From an archaeon (GTDB taxonomy: Archaea; Nanobdellota; Nanobdellia; Pacearchaeales; UBA284), in assembly GCA_030612665.1 (NCBI GenBank), contig JAUWNL010000002.1, forward strand, positions 1-58,461: DNA of 58,461 bases, read 5' to 3'. The notes below the pieces were generated by a model, which searched no databases, had not been told where the DNA came from, and saw only the letters and a list, made by a program, of their open reading frames with translations. The position numbers and the translations under genes are program-made. Below are positions 27,893-38,309 of the stretch, one piece after another. Numbering within the stretch: the first letter of the stretch is position 1; every line of letters begins with the position of its first letter.

Positions 27893-29680
27893 TTATTCTT
27901 TTTTTAAAGATATGTTCAGAGGAGGGATAATCATATTTTGCGTGAATTCTTTTCTATCAAGCAATGGAGAAATATCTTCAATAGGCCTTCCAAACTTTGT
28001 GATAAGGAAATTCGGTTTAGGTTCTATTTCAAGATTACATAAAAAAGCTCCTTTGAAATTTAAAACTTTTTTTAATCTTTTTTCTATTTTATCATTATTT
28101 TTTATTGTTTGGGCCTTTATTCCATAGGCTTTCGCAACTTTAACAAAATCAGGAGAGGCAAAACCTTTTTCTTCTGAGGAAGCATGGTAATTTGAATTTA
28201 ACCATTGATTTTGTGTCTGTTTAATCATGTTATATCCATGATTATTAAAGAGAAATATTTTAATAGGCAGTTTATGTTTTGCTATGGTTGCTAATTCTTG
28301 TAGATTAATTTGCATTCCCCCGTCTCCAGTAATACAAATAACTCTTTTGCGCTTGTTTGCGAAACATGCTCCAATGCTTGCTGCCAAAGCATATCCCATT
28401 GGAGTGTTATTAAATGCAGTAAATAATTTCTGACCTTTTTTTATCTCTAAAGCATTCATTGTTTGCGCCATGCTTTCTCCAGTATCGGTTATAATTATTT
28501 CTCCTTCTTTTAATTCCTTCGACAGTTTCTTAATAAAAACATAAGGATTTACTTTATTTTTTTGTTTATAATATTTTGGAAGACATATTGGATATTTCAT
28601 TTTCCAATAATTAATCCTTTTAAACCATTCAGAAATATCTTGAATTTGTATTCCTCTTATTTTTTCACAAATGATTTTTAAAAAATATTTGACATCGGCT
28701 TTAATAGGAATATCAATATTCATTCCCCATTTTTTAAATTTATATAACTCTTCTTGTTGGAGGTCTACAACTATTTTCTTAGCAGCTCTTCCAAAACTAT
28801 TAACTGGTGTTCCTGTTGCATGTGTATCAAGCCTTGAACCTATTGATAAGATTAAGTCAGAATTTTGAATAGTAAAGTTACCAAATCTTGAACCGTTTAA
28901 GCCAAACCCCCCAACAAGTAAAGGATGATCAGAAGGAAATAGATCCGTGACTGCCCAAGTTAATAAAACTGGGAATTTTAATAATTCAACAAATTCTCTT
29001 GCTTTGTCTCTTGATTTGCTTAAAGTGACTCCTGCTCCCAGGACAATTACAGGTCTCTTTGCTGTCTTAATTAATTTTATTACATCATCGATCTTTGCTT
29101 CTAATCTCCTTGCTTCAAAATTCTCATTCCTTGGGATAAAAGAAGGAATTTCTCCTGGATTAATTTCCTCTCTTTGAAGATTGTCGGGTATATCAATAAG
29201 AACTGGTCCTGGTCTTCCAGATTTAGCTATATAAACTGCTTTTTCTAGTTCATATTTAATCATTTTTGGATCTTTTAATAAAGAAGCATATTTAGTGATG
29301 GGCTTAACAATTTCCACAGTATCTGCCTCCTGAAAACCAAGCTGTCTTACCTTCAAATCACGTCTTAGTCTAAAAGTAGCAACTTGTCCAGTGATAAATA
29401 AAGTTGGTATTGAATCAAAATATGAACAGCAAATACCAGTTATTAGATTTGTTGCTCCAGGACCACTTGTAGCAATAGCTGCACCAAGATTTTCAGAAAC
29501 TCTTGAATAACCATCTGCAGCCATGGCTGCAGCTTGTTCATGTTGGGTGCAAATATATCCCACATTAGAATTTTTTCCTATTGAATCAACTAAATGGGCT
29601 GCAGCTCCACCAGTTATTAAAAATATATGTTTTATTCCCTGTTCTTCTATAAATTTAATTACATAATCTGACAATTTCAT
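27893..29680 (-). CDS. acetolactate-synthase-like TPP enzyme (large-subunit family, YerE-like context)
   Basis: 595 aa. GPGATNLITG, and a TPP motif in GDGGMQINLQELATIAKHKLPIKIFLFNNHGY. Confidence 0.85.
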   Translation of the reverse strand: MKLSDYVIKFIEEQGIKHIFLITGGAAAHLVDSIGKNSNVGYICTQHEQAAAMAADGYSRVSENLGAAIATSGPGATNLITGICCSYFDSIPTLFITGQVATFRLRRDLKVRQLGFQEADTVEIVKPITKYASLLKDPKMIKYELEKAVYIAKSGRPGPVLIDIPDNLQREEINPGEIPSFIPRNENFEARRLEAKIDDVIKLIKTAKRPVIVLGAGVTLSKSRDKAREFVELLKFPVLLTWAVTDLFPSDHPLLVGGFGLNGSRFGNFTIQNSDLILSIGSRLDTHATGTPVNSFGRAAKKIVVDLQQEELYKFKKWGMNIDIPIKADVKYFLKIICEKIRGIQIQDISEWFKRINYWKMKYPICLPKYYKQKNKVNPYVFIKKLSKELKEGEIIITDTGESMAQTMNALEIKKGQKLFTAFNNTPMGYALAASIGACFANKRKRVICITGDGGMQINLQELATIAKHKLPIKIFLFNNHGYNMIKQTQNQWLNSNYHASSEEKGFASPDFVKVAKAYGIKAQTIKNNDKIEKRLKKVLNFKGAFLCNLEIEPKPNFLITKFGRPIEDISPLLDRKEFTQNMIIPPLNISLKKE

Positions 29681-29693
29681 TTTAATAGTCTGT

Positions 29694-30401
29694 CTAAATT
29701 TCCTTAACCCTTCCTTCTTTTAATCCTATTCCTATTCCAAATAAATAATGGGCCATTGATTTAAATCCGGTATGCACCACCTCATCATTCATTGAAAATA
29801 CAATTACATTTTCAAAATATTTTTTCATAAGTCCTTTTAAAGTTTTGTAACTCTTTAAATTAATATGTTGGACTGTGCTCCTAGGGGTTGCATATTTTTT
29901 TGCGGCTATATTGGGAGTTCCAATAATATAAATACCCTTTTTTTTAAGACAAGCGCAAGAGTTTTTCATAAAATATTCTTCTAATCTCTGATCTAAATGT
30001 TCAATAACATCAATTGAAAAAACCCCGTCAAATTTTTCTTTTGGAATCTCTTTGCATATATCCATCTTCCTAAATTTAATATTCTTTATTTTTTCTAATC
30101 TTTTTTTATTGTCTTCTATTAAGCGGTTATCTACATCAATCCCTAAAACATATTTTTTATCTTGTGCAACAAGAGGAATTCCAAAACCATCTCCACAGCC
30201 GATTTCTAAAATAGAATCTTTCTCTTCAAACATTTTTGCACAAAATTTATACCTTGATAAAACAAAACACAGATGTTTTGGATCATTTAATAAACTAAAT
30301 GAGGTCCAGGGTCCTAAAAGAATGGATTCAGTATCAAATTGATAGTCTGTTCCTTTTTTATATGCTTCTTTTTGTGTTATTTTTTTGTTCTTTTTACCCA
30401 T
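29694..30401 (-). CDS. class I SAM-dependent methyltransferase
   Basis: Motif I ILEIGCGDGFG and motif II-like FDGVFSIDVIEHL. Confidence 0.7.
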   Translation of the reverse strand: MGKKNKKITQKEAYKKGTDYQFDTESILLGPWTSFSLLNDPKHLCFVLSRYKFCAKMFEEKDSILEIGCGDGFGIPLVAQDKKYVLGIDVDNRLIEDNKKRLEKIKNIKFRKMDICKEIPKEKFDGVFSIDVIEHLDQRLEEYFMKNSCACLKKKGIYIIGTPNIAAKKYATPRSTVQHINLKSYKTLKGLMKKYFENVIVFSMNDEVVHTGFKSMAHYLFGIGIGLKEGRVKEI

Positions 30402-31237
30402 TTTAAAAAATCATTTTTATGCCTTCTTAACTTATACATCTCTTTATCTGAAATCAGCTCTCTTATTAATCTCCCATTTAAAAATTTTCTGCATTTATCA
30501 TTAATTATTGAAAAATTTCTTCCACTAACAATCCTTTTCTCTTGTCTGCTTATTAAATTGATACAATCATAAATGTCATCCATATTTGTTCCCTTATTTA
30601 ATTTGAGAAAATTAATAGTCTTATCATAACTCAACCCAGCTTTTTTTCCTGCTTTAATTGTTTCATTATGTATCTTAGTCTTCACCCAACCAGGACCTAT
30701 AATAAATATATTTAGATCTTTATTTTCTGTATCCAATAATTCACACATTTTAATTAATATGATTTTTGAAATTGTATATGCAGAAAAATTTTTCGGTGCT
30801 GAATTTGTACCCCCCCCAGCAAAAAAAACAACCCGATTAATTAAATTTTTATTTCTATAAGGATATAATCTTTGTAAAATTCTTAACTGCTCTATAGCAT
30901 TTATATGTATAGATTTATCCCATTCATTAAAATCACAATCAAAGAAATTTCCAATGGGGTTTAATGTAGCAGGACAAGAAATAAAAATATCCCATTCAAG
31001 ATCCAATTTTTTATAATCTTTAATAAATTTTAATATGCTTTCCTTATTGGTTAGATCGCAAAAAAAAAGATGACAGTTAGCAATTTTTTTTAATTCTTTT
31101 AATTTATCTGTAGATTTGTATGTTCCAATAATAATATTTCCTTCATTAGAATATCTTTTCGCTAATGCTGTCCCAATATCGCTTGTTATAGAAATTAAAA
31201 TAATTACTTTTTTATTAATTTTTGTGAATTCCATCAT
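30377..31237 (-). CDS. short-chain dehydrogenase/reductase (SDR)-like protein
   Basis: N-terminal VIILISITSDIGTALAKRY (degenerate TGxxxGxG) and YTISK (YxxxK). Confidence 0.55.
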   Translation of the reverse strand: MMEFTKINKKVIILISITSDIGTALAKRYSNEGNIIIGTYKSTDKLKELKKIANCHLFFCDLTNKESILKFIKDYKKLDLEWDIFISCPATLNPIGNFFDCDFNEWDKSIHINAIEQLRILQRLYPYRNKNLINRVVFFAGGGTNSAPKNFSAYTISKIILIKMCELLDTENKDLNIFIIGPGWVKTKIHNETIKAGKKAGLSYDKTINFLKLNKGTNMDDIYDCINLISRQEKRIVSGRNFSIINDKCRKFLNGRLIRELISDKEMYKLRRHKNDFLKWVKRTKK

Positions 31238-31361
31238 ATATTTTCCTTTTTTAATTTTCTAATCAGGGGATTAAGGATTTCTGGTTTATAAAGATTTATA
31301 TAAAAATAATATAAAAAAAGATAATAATATTTATATAGATAAGATTAACTTTAAAAACATA

Positions 31362-32429
31362 ATGGACGCAGATTATAGTTCTTTAAAAATAGTATGGCAT
31401 CAGGAAAAAATAGGAGCTTTGTTAAAGGGAAAAGTTACAGCCCCAATATATGTAAGAGTTAAGCCAACTAATAAGTGTAATCACAGGTGTTTTTATTGTG
31501 GTTATCGAGAAGATACTGAACAAATTCTTTCTGAAACAATCAATAAAAAAGATGAAATCCCTTTTGAAAAAATGATGGAGATTTTACAAGATTTTAAAGA
31601 TATGGGTGTAAAAGCAGTTACATATACTGGTGGAGGAGAACCATTGATATACCCCCGCATTAAAGAAACTTTGGAAACCACTCTTAAAAATAATATTTCC
31701 CTTTCTATAATCACAAATGGACAAAAACTTAGTGGTAATAGAGCAAGAATATTAACAAACGCGGATTGGGTTAGAATATCTATAGACGCCTGCGATCCTA
31801 AAACTTTTAAAAAAATTAGGAGAGTTTCTGAAAGGAAATTTTATGAAATTAGTGAAAATATCTTTAAATTTGCAAAAATAAAAAATAGAAATTGTGAATT
31901 GGGGATAAATTTTGTGGTAAATCATCTTAATGCAAAAAGTGTATATAATGCCACAAGATATTTTAAAAATCTTAAAGTTAATCATATAAAATTTACCCCA
32001 CGCTGGTTACAAGAAAATTTTTGTGAATATCATGAACCATTTAAACAACTTGTAATAGAACAGATTGAAAAAGCGAGAGAATTAACAGATGAAAATTTCA
32101 GAGTATATGATACTTATGAAAATGATTTTAAATTAAGTGGAATTAAAAAAAGAACATACATAAAATGTTTTATCCAGGAGATTGTTCCTGTTATCGGAGC
32201 GGATTGTAATATTTATGATTGCCATGATAGAGCATATACAATAGATGGAAAAATTGATTCTATTAAAGATAAATCTTTCAAGAAAGCATGGTTTAGTAAA
32301 AAAACCGCTGAAAGATTTAAAACATTCAATGCAATCAAAAGATGTAAGCATCATTGTACGTATGATGCAAGAAATAAATTGATTCATAATATCTTAAAAT
32401 GTGGGGAGAAAACCAAAAATTTTATTTAA
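31362..32429 (+). CDS. radical SAM enzyme with C-terminal Cys-rich region (paralog of 26834..27883)
   Basis: CNHRCFYC, and C-terminal CNIYDCHD and RCKHHCTYD. The N-terminus aligns with the paralog (KIVWHQEKI vs KLMYHPERV). Confidence 0.8.
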   Translation: MDADYSSLKIVWHQEKIGALLKGKVTAPIYVRVKPTNKCNHRCFYCGYREDTEQILSETINKKDEIPFEKMMEILQDFKDMGVKAVTYTGGGEPLIYPRIKETLETTLKNNISLSIITNGQKLSGNRARILTNADWVRISIDACDPKTFKKIRRVSERKFYEISENIFKFAKIKNRNCELGINFVVNHLNAKSVYNATRYFKNLKVNHIKFTPRWLQENFCEYHEPFKQLVIEQIEKARELTDENFRVYDTYENDFKLSGIKKRTYIKCFIQEIVPVIGADCNIYDCHDRAYTIDGKIDSIKDKSFKKAWFSKKTAERFKTFNAIKRCKHHCTYDARNKLIHNILKCGEKTKNFI

Positions 32430-32430
32430 A

Positions 32431-33084
32431 ATGAAAGAGATAGATTTATTAAAAAGACCCGAGATTAAAAGAAATCTTGATCCAAATTGGAGAAAAAAAG
32501 AAAACAAAGAAATAGCAAAAAAATTTGATAGGGAATTCTTTGATGGAGATAGGATTAATGGATATGGGGGGTATAAATATGATGGGAGATGGATAGATGT
32601 TGCAAAAAGATTGCAAAAAAGATATAAATTAAATAAAAAAAGTTCTGTTTTGGATGTAGGATGTGCAAAGGGGTTTCTTCTGTATGATTTAAAAAAAGTA
32701 ATTCCAGAGATAACTTCCTTTGGGGTTGATATTTCAAAATATGCAATTGAAAATGGAATAGAAGATGTAAAACCCGATATGACTGTAGCAAGCGCAGATC
32801 ATCTTCCCTTTGCAGATGATTCATTTGATTTTGTTTTTTCTTCAGATACCCTCCATAATTTACCAATAAAAAGATGTAAAAAAGCGCTTCAAGAAATAAT
32901 GAGGGTCTGTAAACATAATGGGAATATGTTTACCCAAGTTGATGCATATAGAACTGAAGAAGAAAAAAGAAAATTAGAGATATGGAATCTAACAGCTCAG
33001 ACTTATATGCATGTTAAAGATTGGTTAAAATTATTCAAAGATGTAGGATATAAAGGAGATTATTTCTGGACAATAACGGAATAG
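32431..33084 (+). CDS. class I SAM-dependent methyltransferase
   Basis: Motif I VLDVGCAKGF. The ATG at 32431 immediately follows the upstream stop; the ORF-track start at 32401 is a GTG inside the previous gene. Confidence 0.7.
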   Translation: MKEIDLLKRPEIKRNLDPNWRKKENKEIAKKFDREFFDGDRINGYGGYKYDGRWIDVAKRLQKRYKLNKKSSVLDVGCAKGFLLYDLKKVIPEITSFGVDISKYAIENGIEDVKPDMTVASADHLPFADDSFDFVFSSDTLHNLPIKRCKKALQEIMRVCKHNGNMFTQVDAYRTEEEKRKLEIWNLTAQTYMHVKDWLKLFKDVGYKGDYFWTITE

Positions 33085-33119
33085 GCCTATTCTTTTGTCC
33101 ATTTTTTATCTTGAAAAAA

Positions 33120-34688
33120 CTATTTCTTCTGTTTCAGAAGTTTAATAATTTTAAGCTTGAAAATATTTAAGATATATTTATCTTCTTTGTCTAGTATTTT
33201 AAAAAATAAAATTAAACTGAAATAGAAAGCAATAAAGATTACTGACATGATAACAAATGGGATTGTTGATAATGTTGGAAAAAACATGTTTCCAAGACCG
33301 AATATTACCAGGGCGCTTAAAAGTCCAATGAGTAACATAAAAAAGAAAGATTTGGTAAAGGGGATAGTTCTTGCATATTTATAAGAGAGAATCATATAAA
33401 GAATACCTGCTATTAAAAAAGAGCTTGAAGTCGCTATAGCCGCTCCATTAATCCCATAAGGAGGAATTAAAATTAAATTTAATAAGATATTAAGTATTGC
33501 AAAAGTGAGGGTAATATAAAATAAAGTCTTAGTCTTTTTTTTCAAAATAAAAAATGTTGCACTTGGGTAAGTCATTGTATAAATAAAATAACCCACACAT
33601 AAAATTGAAAGAGGAATACTAGATGGAATAAATTGGGTTCCAAAAATTATTTCTAAAAATTTCTCTGAAAATAAAAACAAAATTAAAAATGCTGGAAGGT
33701 TTAGGATAAACATCCATTTACACATTCTTTTATAAATGTTTTTTATTTCTAAATTCTTTCTTTTTGCAAAAAGTCCAATTAACACTGGAGAAAATAATGA
33801 ACTCAATGCAAAAGGTAGAATTATTATTAATTGAGCAGTGCCTAAGGCAATATTATAAATTCCTGTTTCTAGGGCGGTTTTAAAAAAACCTATCATAAGC
33901 ACATCTGCCCAAGCAATTATTGAGACTAACATAACAGACAGCAAAAGAGGAAAGGAATAATCCATTATTTCCCGATTATAATAAATTGGTTTTATTTTAA
34001 TTATATCTAGGGGTTTTATAAAATATTTATTAAGAAGAAACAAACCTATGAAAAAAACAGCAATAGCTGCCACTAAATAAGAAAATGTTGCTCCCATCAC
34101 TCCAAATCCTAAGAAAAAAAGTGGAATAAAAATTACTAATCTAATTAATTTTTCTGCTATTTCTTTTAATCCAGTTTCAAATTCTATTCTTTTAATTGCT
34201 CTAAATATTGGAAAAAATATATTGGAAATTGTTAAAAATGGAATCATAAGAGCGAGAATCATTAAAAGATTTGTTAACTCTGGTTTATGAAAAATATTAA
34301 TTGAAATTTGTTTAGCAAAAATAAGTAATAAAATTGTTAAGACAATGCTTAGAATCAAACTAAATTTTATAGAAAACACCAATCCTCCTTTAATTCTTTT
34401 TTTATCTTTTTTTTCTAAATAATATGAGATATATCTTAAGACTCCTTCCCCTAATCCAAATGTAGAAAAAGCTGCAATAAAAGTCACGATTACAAGCGCT
34501 AAACTTAACAAACCATAATCCGCAGGACCAAATTTTGAAACTAATATGGTGTATAAATATCCTATTATTTTTCCAAAAAAGAGGCCTATTAAAGCAATCA
34601 TCCCTCCCCTTGCAATAATCTTGAGATTGTAATTTTCATCTCTTTTTTCTTCTGCTTCTTTTATCACTGTCTTTTTTAATTTCTTCAT
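33120..34688 (-). CDS. Wzx-type (MOP superfamily) oligosaccharide flippase
   Basis: 522 aa with about 14 hydrophobic helices and the typical polysaccharide-biosynthesis-protein layout. It closes the glycan island. Confidence 0.75.
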   Translation of the reverse strand: MKKLKKTVIKEAEEKRDENYNLKIIARGGMIALIGLFFGKIIGYLYTILVSKFGPADYGLLSLALVIVTFIAAFSTFGLGEGVLRYISYYLEKKDKKRIKGGLVFSIKFSLILSIVLTILLLIFAKQISINIFHKPELTNLLMILALMIPFLTISNIFFPIFRAIKRIEFETGLKEIAEKLIRLVIFIPLFFLGFGVMGATFSYLVAAIAVFFIGLFLLNKYFIKPLDIIKIKPIYYNREIMDYSFPLLLSVMLVSIIAWADVLMIGFFKTALETGIYNIALGTAQLIIILPFALSSLFSPVLIGLFAKRKNLEIKNIYKRMCKWMFILNLPAFLILFLFSEKFLEIIFGTQFIPSSIPLSILCVGYFIYTMTYPSATFFILKKKTKTLFYITLTFAILNILLNLILIPPYGINGAAIATSSSFLIAGILYMILSYKYARTIPFTKSFFFMLLIGLLSALVIFGLGNMFFPTLSTIPFVIMSVIFIAFYFSLILFFKILDKEDKYILNIFKLKIIKLLKQKK

Positions 34689-34745
34689 TTTTATAATAGA
34701 AAAAGATTAATTAAAAAGCTTATGCATTATCTCTTCTTTACTTCT

Positions 34746-36272
34746 TTAATCTTTGATAATTTGTTTAATCATGTCTCCAAATGCAGGTCGTGTGATGAAA
34801 ACTCCAATTGTTATTCCAATTAAGGTTGTAAAGGCAAAACCTCGAAGTAAGCCTGCTCCTGCCCACCACAAAGGCAACAATGCCACTGCCGAAGTAATAT
34901 AAGCACCAAGAATTATTTTAAATGCTCTTTTGATTCTTTCTTTCATACTATATTCCCTCGAGCCTCGGCTTTCATCAACCATAAGAATTTGATCATCTAC
35001 TCCTGTTCCTATTGCTGCAATAATTCCAGCAATACTTGCAAGATCAAGATTCCATTTAATGAGTGCAGCAATTCCAAGAACAATTATAATTTCACTTAGA
35101 ACAGTTATTATTACTGGAACTACAATCATTGCTTTTTTATATCTCAAAAAGATAATTAATCCAACTGCAAGGGCAGCAGCCAGGGCCGCAATAAAAATAT
35201 TTTTTGTGAATTCTCTTCCAAGAAGGGGAGATATAGAATCTAGTTTTACAATCTCGAGTTTGAATGGAAGAGAACCTGTAATAAGCACTGTTTGTAATTT
35301 TTTCATGTTTAATTCAGAATCTTGATAAGCTTCTGCTTGGCTCGCCCCATAACCTGGACCTGAAATAGAAATTTTTGTTGTTTCTTTTCCTTTAAGATCT
35401 GAAGCAATCAAGAGAGAATCAACAAGATTCTCATCAAGATAAAAATCAATTGTCTCACTTAGATATCTTCCTCCTTGTTCAGTCACATTTTCTGGAATAT
35501 TGAGAGTCACATTAGCAAAGCGTGAGGCTGCAGCATCTGAAAGATGTACAGTAAATTCAAATTTACAATAATAACCTCCCTCAATGGGATCACATTCTCT
35601 TATTGATGCACAGCTCGCATCATTTCTACAAACAAAAGTAACATCTTTTTCTCCCCCAATAAAAACAGTTTCATTTCCTATTTTTGCTTCGAATTTGCCT
35701 TGTTTTCCAATAAGCTCGCTAAGTTCTGAGGTTGTTGCGCCAGCCATTTCAATAAGAACATATTTATTCCCACTTAAGTCTCCAGCTTCACGGATTGTTA
35801 CATCTGTTATACCATAAACATTGAGTCTATAACGAATAGTTTCAAGAAGGTCCTGCATTTCCATTGTAGTTAATTTTCTTTCTGGTTTTACAAGTGCGCG
35901 AGCTCCTCCTTGGAGATCTAAACCTGCTTTCAAGGCAGTAGTCGGAACATCTGAGACAGTAATTCCAAGATCGCGAGTTGTGAGAAAAGTATAATCTCCT
36001 TTATTAGTAATAATATCTATCTTCCGAGTTTCATTTCCTGTAAGAAAATCAAGATCTGAAATAGCATTATAAAAATCATCAAGAATCTTTATTTCTTGTC
36101 CATCAACAGACTTTAAGATTTCTCCTTTAGTAATTCCAGCAATATCTGCAGTTGAATTAACTGCTATATCCTTTACTTGAACTCCTTTCATAAAATAACC
36201 ACTTGGATTTATTGCAAGGATTGCTAAGGCAAGCACTATAACCATAATCCAGATTTTTATTGTTATTTTCAT
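34746..36272 (-). CDS. secD: protein-export membrane protein SecD
   Basis: N-terminal TM helix, large periplasmic-type domain with LKAGLDLQGG, and a C-terminal 6-TM bundle. Adjacent to secF. Confidence 0.8.
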   Translation of the reverse strand: MKITIKIWIMVIVLALAILAINPSGYFMKGVQVKDIAVNSTADIAGITKGEILKSVDGQEIKILDDFYNAISDLDFLTGNETRKIDIITNKGDYTFLTTRDLGITVSDVPTTALKAGLDLQGGARALVKPERKLTTMEMQDLLETIRYRLNVYGITDVTIREAGDLSGNKYVLIEMAGATTSELSELIGKQGKFEAKIGNETVFIGGEKDVTFVCRNDASCASIRECDPIEGGYYCKFEFTVHLSDAAASRFANVTLNIPENVTEQGGRYLSETIDFYLDENLVDSLLIASDLKGKETTKISISGPGYGASQAEAYQDSELNMKKLQTVLITGSLPFKLEIVKLDSISPLLGREFTKNIFIAALAAALAVGLIIFLRYKKAMIVVPVIITVLSEIIIVLGIAALIKWNLDLASIAGIIAAIGTGVDDQILMVDESRGSREYSMKERIKRAFKIILGAYITSAVALLPLWWAGAGLLRGFAFTTLIGITIGVFITRPAFGDMIKQIIKD

Positions 36273-36312
36273 TTTGCTTTTTCCTTTTTGCTTTTTATTT
36301 TCTTTTTTATCT

Positions 36313-37389
36313 TTATCTTACTTTTTCAGCATGCCATTTTAATATTGAAGCATTTCCAAGCCATGTTGAAATTAAATCACCAATTAAACCAAATGAGATA
36401 ACGAGGAACATTTGTTTGAGTAAACCTGCTTGGACAAAACTATAAGCAACCATCATCGCAACTAAAGAAGTTATAGTCATGATTATTCCTGTTTTGAATG
36501 CACCTTTAATTCTTGCATTAATTGTTTTTTCTCTTCTCTTAAGAACTTTTGTTGTTAACATAATATCTGTATCTACACTATAACCAATTAACATTAACAG
36601 AGCGGCAATGCCTGCAGTAGACATTCTTATTCCAAAAAGATTACTCAACACAAGAGCGAAAGCAATATCAAAGATTGCTGCTTGAATTACAGCAATAGTA
36701 GGAACTATTTTTCTGAATATGATAAAGACAACTATGGACATAAAAAGGAAAGCAAGAGCAATGGCAGTAATAAGTTCATTATAGAAACTTTCGCTTAAGG
36801 CTGTTCCAGTCATCTCAATGCTTGAATTTTCTTCGTTTAATTCAATGTTCATAATTTTTTCTGCTGCTTCTTGGATTGTTTCAATTTCTGCTTTAGTCTC
36901 AATTGTTATTGCAACTTGTTTATTTGAATAAGGCTCTTGGATCCTGCGAATAATAACAGAAGTTCCAAGTTCAGAAGCAAATTCAGCTTCAAGTTGTTCA
37001 AGATCAAAAGAATCAGACGTGAAAACAGTAAGTAAAGTTCCTCCTGTAAGAGTTATATCTTTATTCATAATATCCCCTGTCTGAATAGAAAAAACAACAA
37101 GATAAACTATGCAAGCAGCAAGAATTGCTAAGAATATGAAGAAAAGTAATTTATGATTTTTATCATACCACTTCCAAAAACTAATTTTTTTCCTTATCTT
37201 TGGCTCTTTTTGTTTTTCTGGTTTAGATTGTTTTGCTGATTTTTGTTCTTTTTTTTCCTTTTCTTCTTTCTTTTCCTTTTCTTTTTCCCTTTTTTCTTCT
37301 TTCTTTTCTTCTTTTTCTTCTTTTTTTTCTTCCTTCTTTTCCTCATCTCTTATCTTTTCCTTTGGTTTTTCTTGATTTTCCTCAGCCAT
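36313..37389 (-). CDS. secF: protein-export membrane protein SecF with ~65-aa Lys/Glu-rich N-terminal extension
   Basis: C-terminal SecF-like core (LMLIGYSVDTDIMLTTKVLKR). N-terminus EEKKEEKKEEKEEKKEEKREKEKEKKEEKEKKEQK. Confidence 0.8.
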   Translation of the reverse strand: MAEENQEKPKEKIRDEEKKEEKKEEKEEKKEEKREKEKEKKEEKEKKEQKSAKQSKPEKQKEPKIRKKISFWKWYDKNHKLLFFIFLAILAACIVYLVVFSIQTGDIMNKDITLTGGTLLTVFTSDSFDLEQLEAEFASELGTSVIIRRIQEPYSNKQVAITIETKAEIETIQEAAEKIMNIELNEENSSIEMTGTALSESFYNELITAIALAFLFMSIVVFIIFRKIVPTIAVIQAAIFDIAFALVLSNLFGIRMSTAGIAALLMLIGYSVDTDIMLTTKVLKRREKTINARIKGAFKTGIIMTITSLVAMMVAYSFVQAGLLKQMFLVISFGLIGDLISTWLGNASILKWHAEKVR

Positions 37390-37468
37390 ATTAATTTTTA
37401 GCGAAGGTTATTTAAATACTTTTTTACCTATCAAATTATATTATATTAGATTATATCCTATCAATCAT

Positions 37469-37539
37469 GCGCCAGTAGTCTAATGGCAGGACTTCAGTCT
37501 TCCAAACTGATGATGGGGGTTCGAATCCCCCTTGACGCA
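37469..37539 (+). tRNA. tRNA-Gly (anticodon TCC)
   Basis: Hand-folded cloverleaf. Acceptor GCGCCAG/TTGACGC has one C:A mismatch; anticodon stem TCAGT/ACTGA; loop CTTCCAA; T arm GGGGG-TTCGAAT-CCCCC. No encoded CCA. Confidence 0.8.
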
Positions 37540-37583
37540 TATTTTCTAAAAAAATCTGGAAGAAAAAGATAAAAAAAGGTAAA

Positions 37584-37657
37584 CGCTCCTGACAGGATTT
37601 GAACCTGCAACTTCCATCTTAGGAGGATGGCACTCTATCCAATTGAGCTACAGGAGC
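37584..37657 (-). tRNA. tRNA-Arg (anticodon CCT)
   Basis: The reverse complement folds as follows: acceptor GCTCCTG/CAGGAGC, anticodon stem CCATC/GATGG, loop CTCCTAA, T loop TTCAAAT. Confidence 0.9.
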
Positions 37658-37693
37658 ATAAAATAAAAAGAATCAGGAGACTTTTAAGTCTTT

Positions 37694-38242
37694 TTAATTT
37701 TCACAGACAAAAACTGCTGCTGCAATAACACTTGTCCATAAACCTGTTTTGTCACCTATTGCTGATTGTGCAACTGCTCTTGTTGTAACGATTTTATCAG
37801 AAATTTTCCAAATTTCTTTTTTTTCGTCATAACTTGAATCAGAATTAAATTCAACGCCAAGTGTTGAAGCAAGCATTGTAGCAGCGAGGTCTTCAGCATA
37901 ATCTTCAGCTTTTTCAGTTGTCATACCAAAATCATGATGCTCACTAAGATAGCCATAATTATTTCTATCTGCAGGAACAGCACATCCAATGGCAGCACTT
38001 ATGAGTCTGTTTGGTTCTTTAGTCTCATTCTTAGCCATAACACAAAAAATTACTTCTCCAGGTTTTAATAATTGAAGACCTTTTTCTCTAGAAATTATTT
38101 TACAATTAGGAGGCAAGATACTTGAAACATTAACAAGATTAAATTTCTCAATACCTGCGTTTCTTAAAGCTAATTCAAAAGACTTTAATTTCTCTTTATC
38201 TCTTCCGACTCCTTTAATAAAAAAAACTTTTTTTGGTACCAT
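37694..38242 (-). CDS. pdaD: pyruvoyl-dependent arginine decarboxylase
   Basis: 182 aa. [14 protein letters not shown]-terminus and the self-processing region NVSSILPP are typical of PdaD. Confidence 0.85.
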   Translation of the reverse strand: MVPKKVFFIKGVGRDKEKLKSFELALRNAGIEKFNLVNVSSILPPNCKIISREKGLQLLKPGEVIFCVMAKNETKEPNRLISAAIGCAVPADRNNYGYLSEHHDFGMTTEKAEDYAEDLAATMLASTLGVEFNSDSSYDEKKEIWKISDKIVTTRAVAQSAIGDKTGLWTSVIAAAVFVCEN

Positions 38243-38309
38243 TTCAAAAAGGATAAAATGATAAATAACAAACAGAAAAGTGATTTATAAAACTTTTCAT
38301 AAAGCATAA

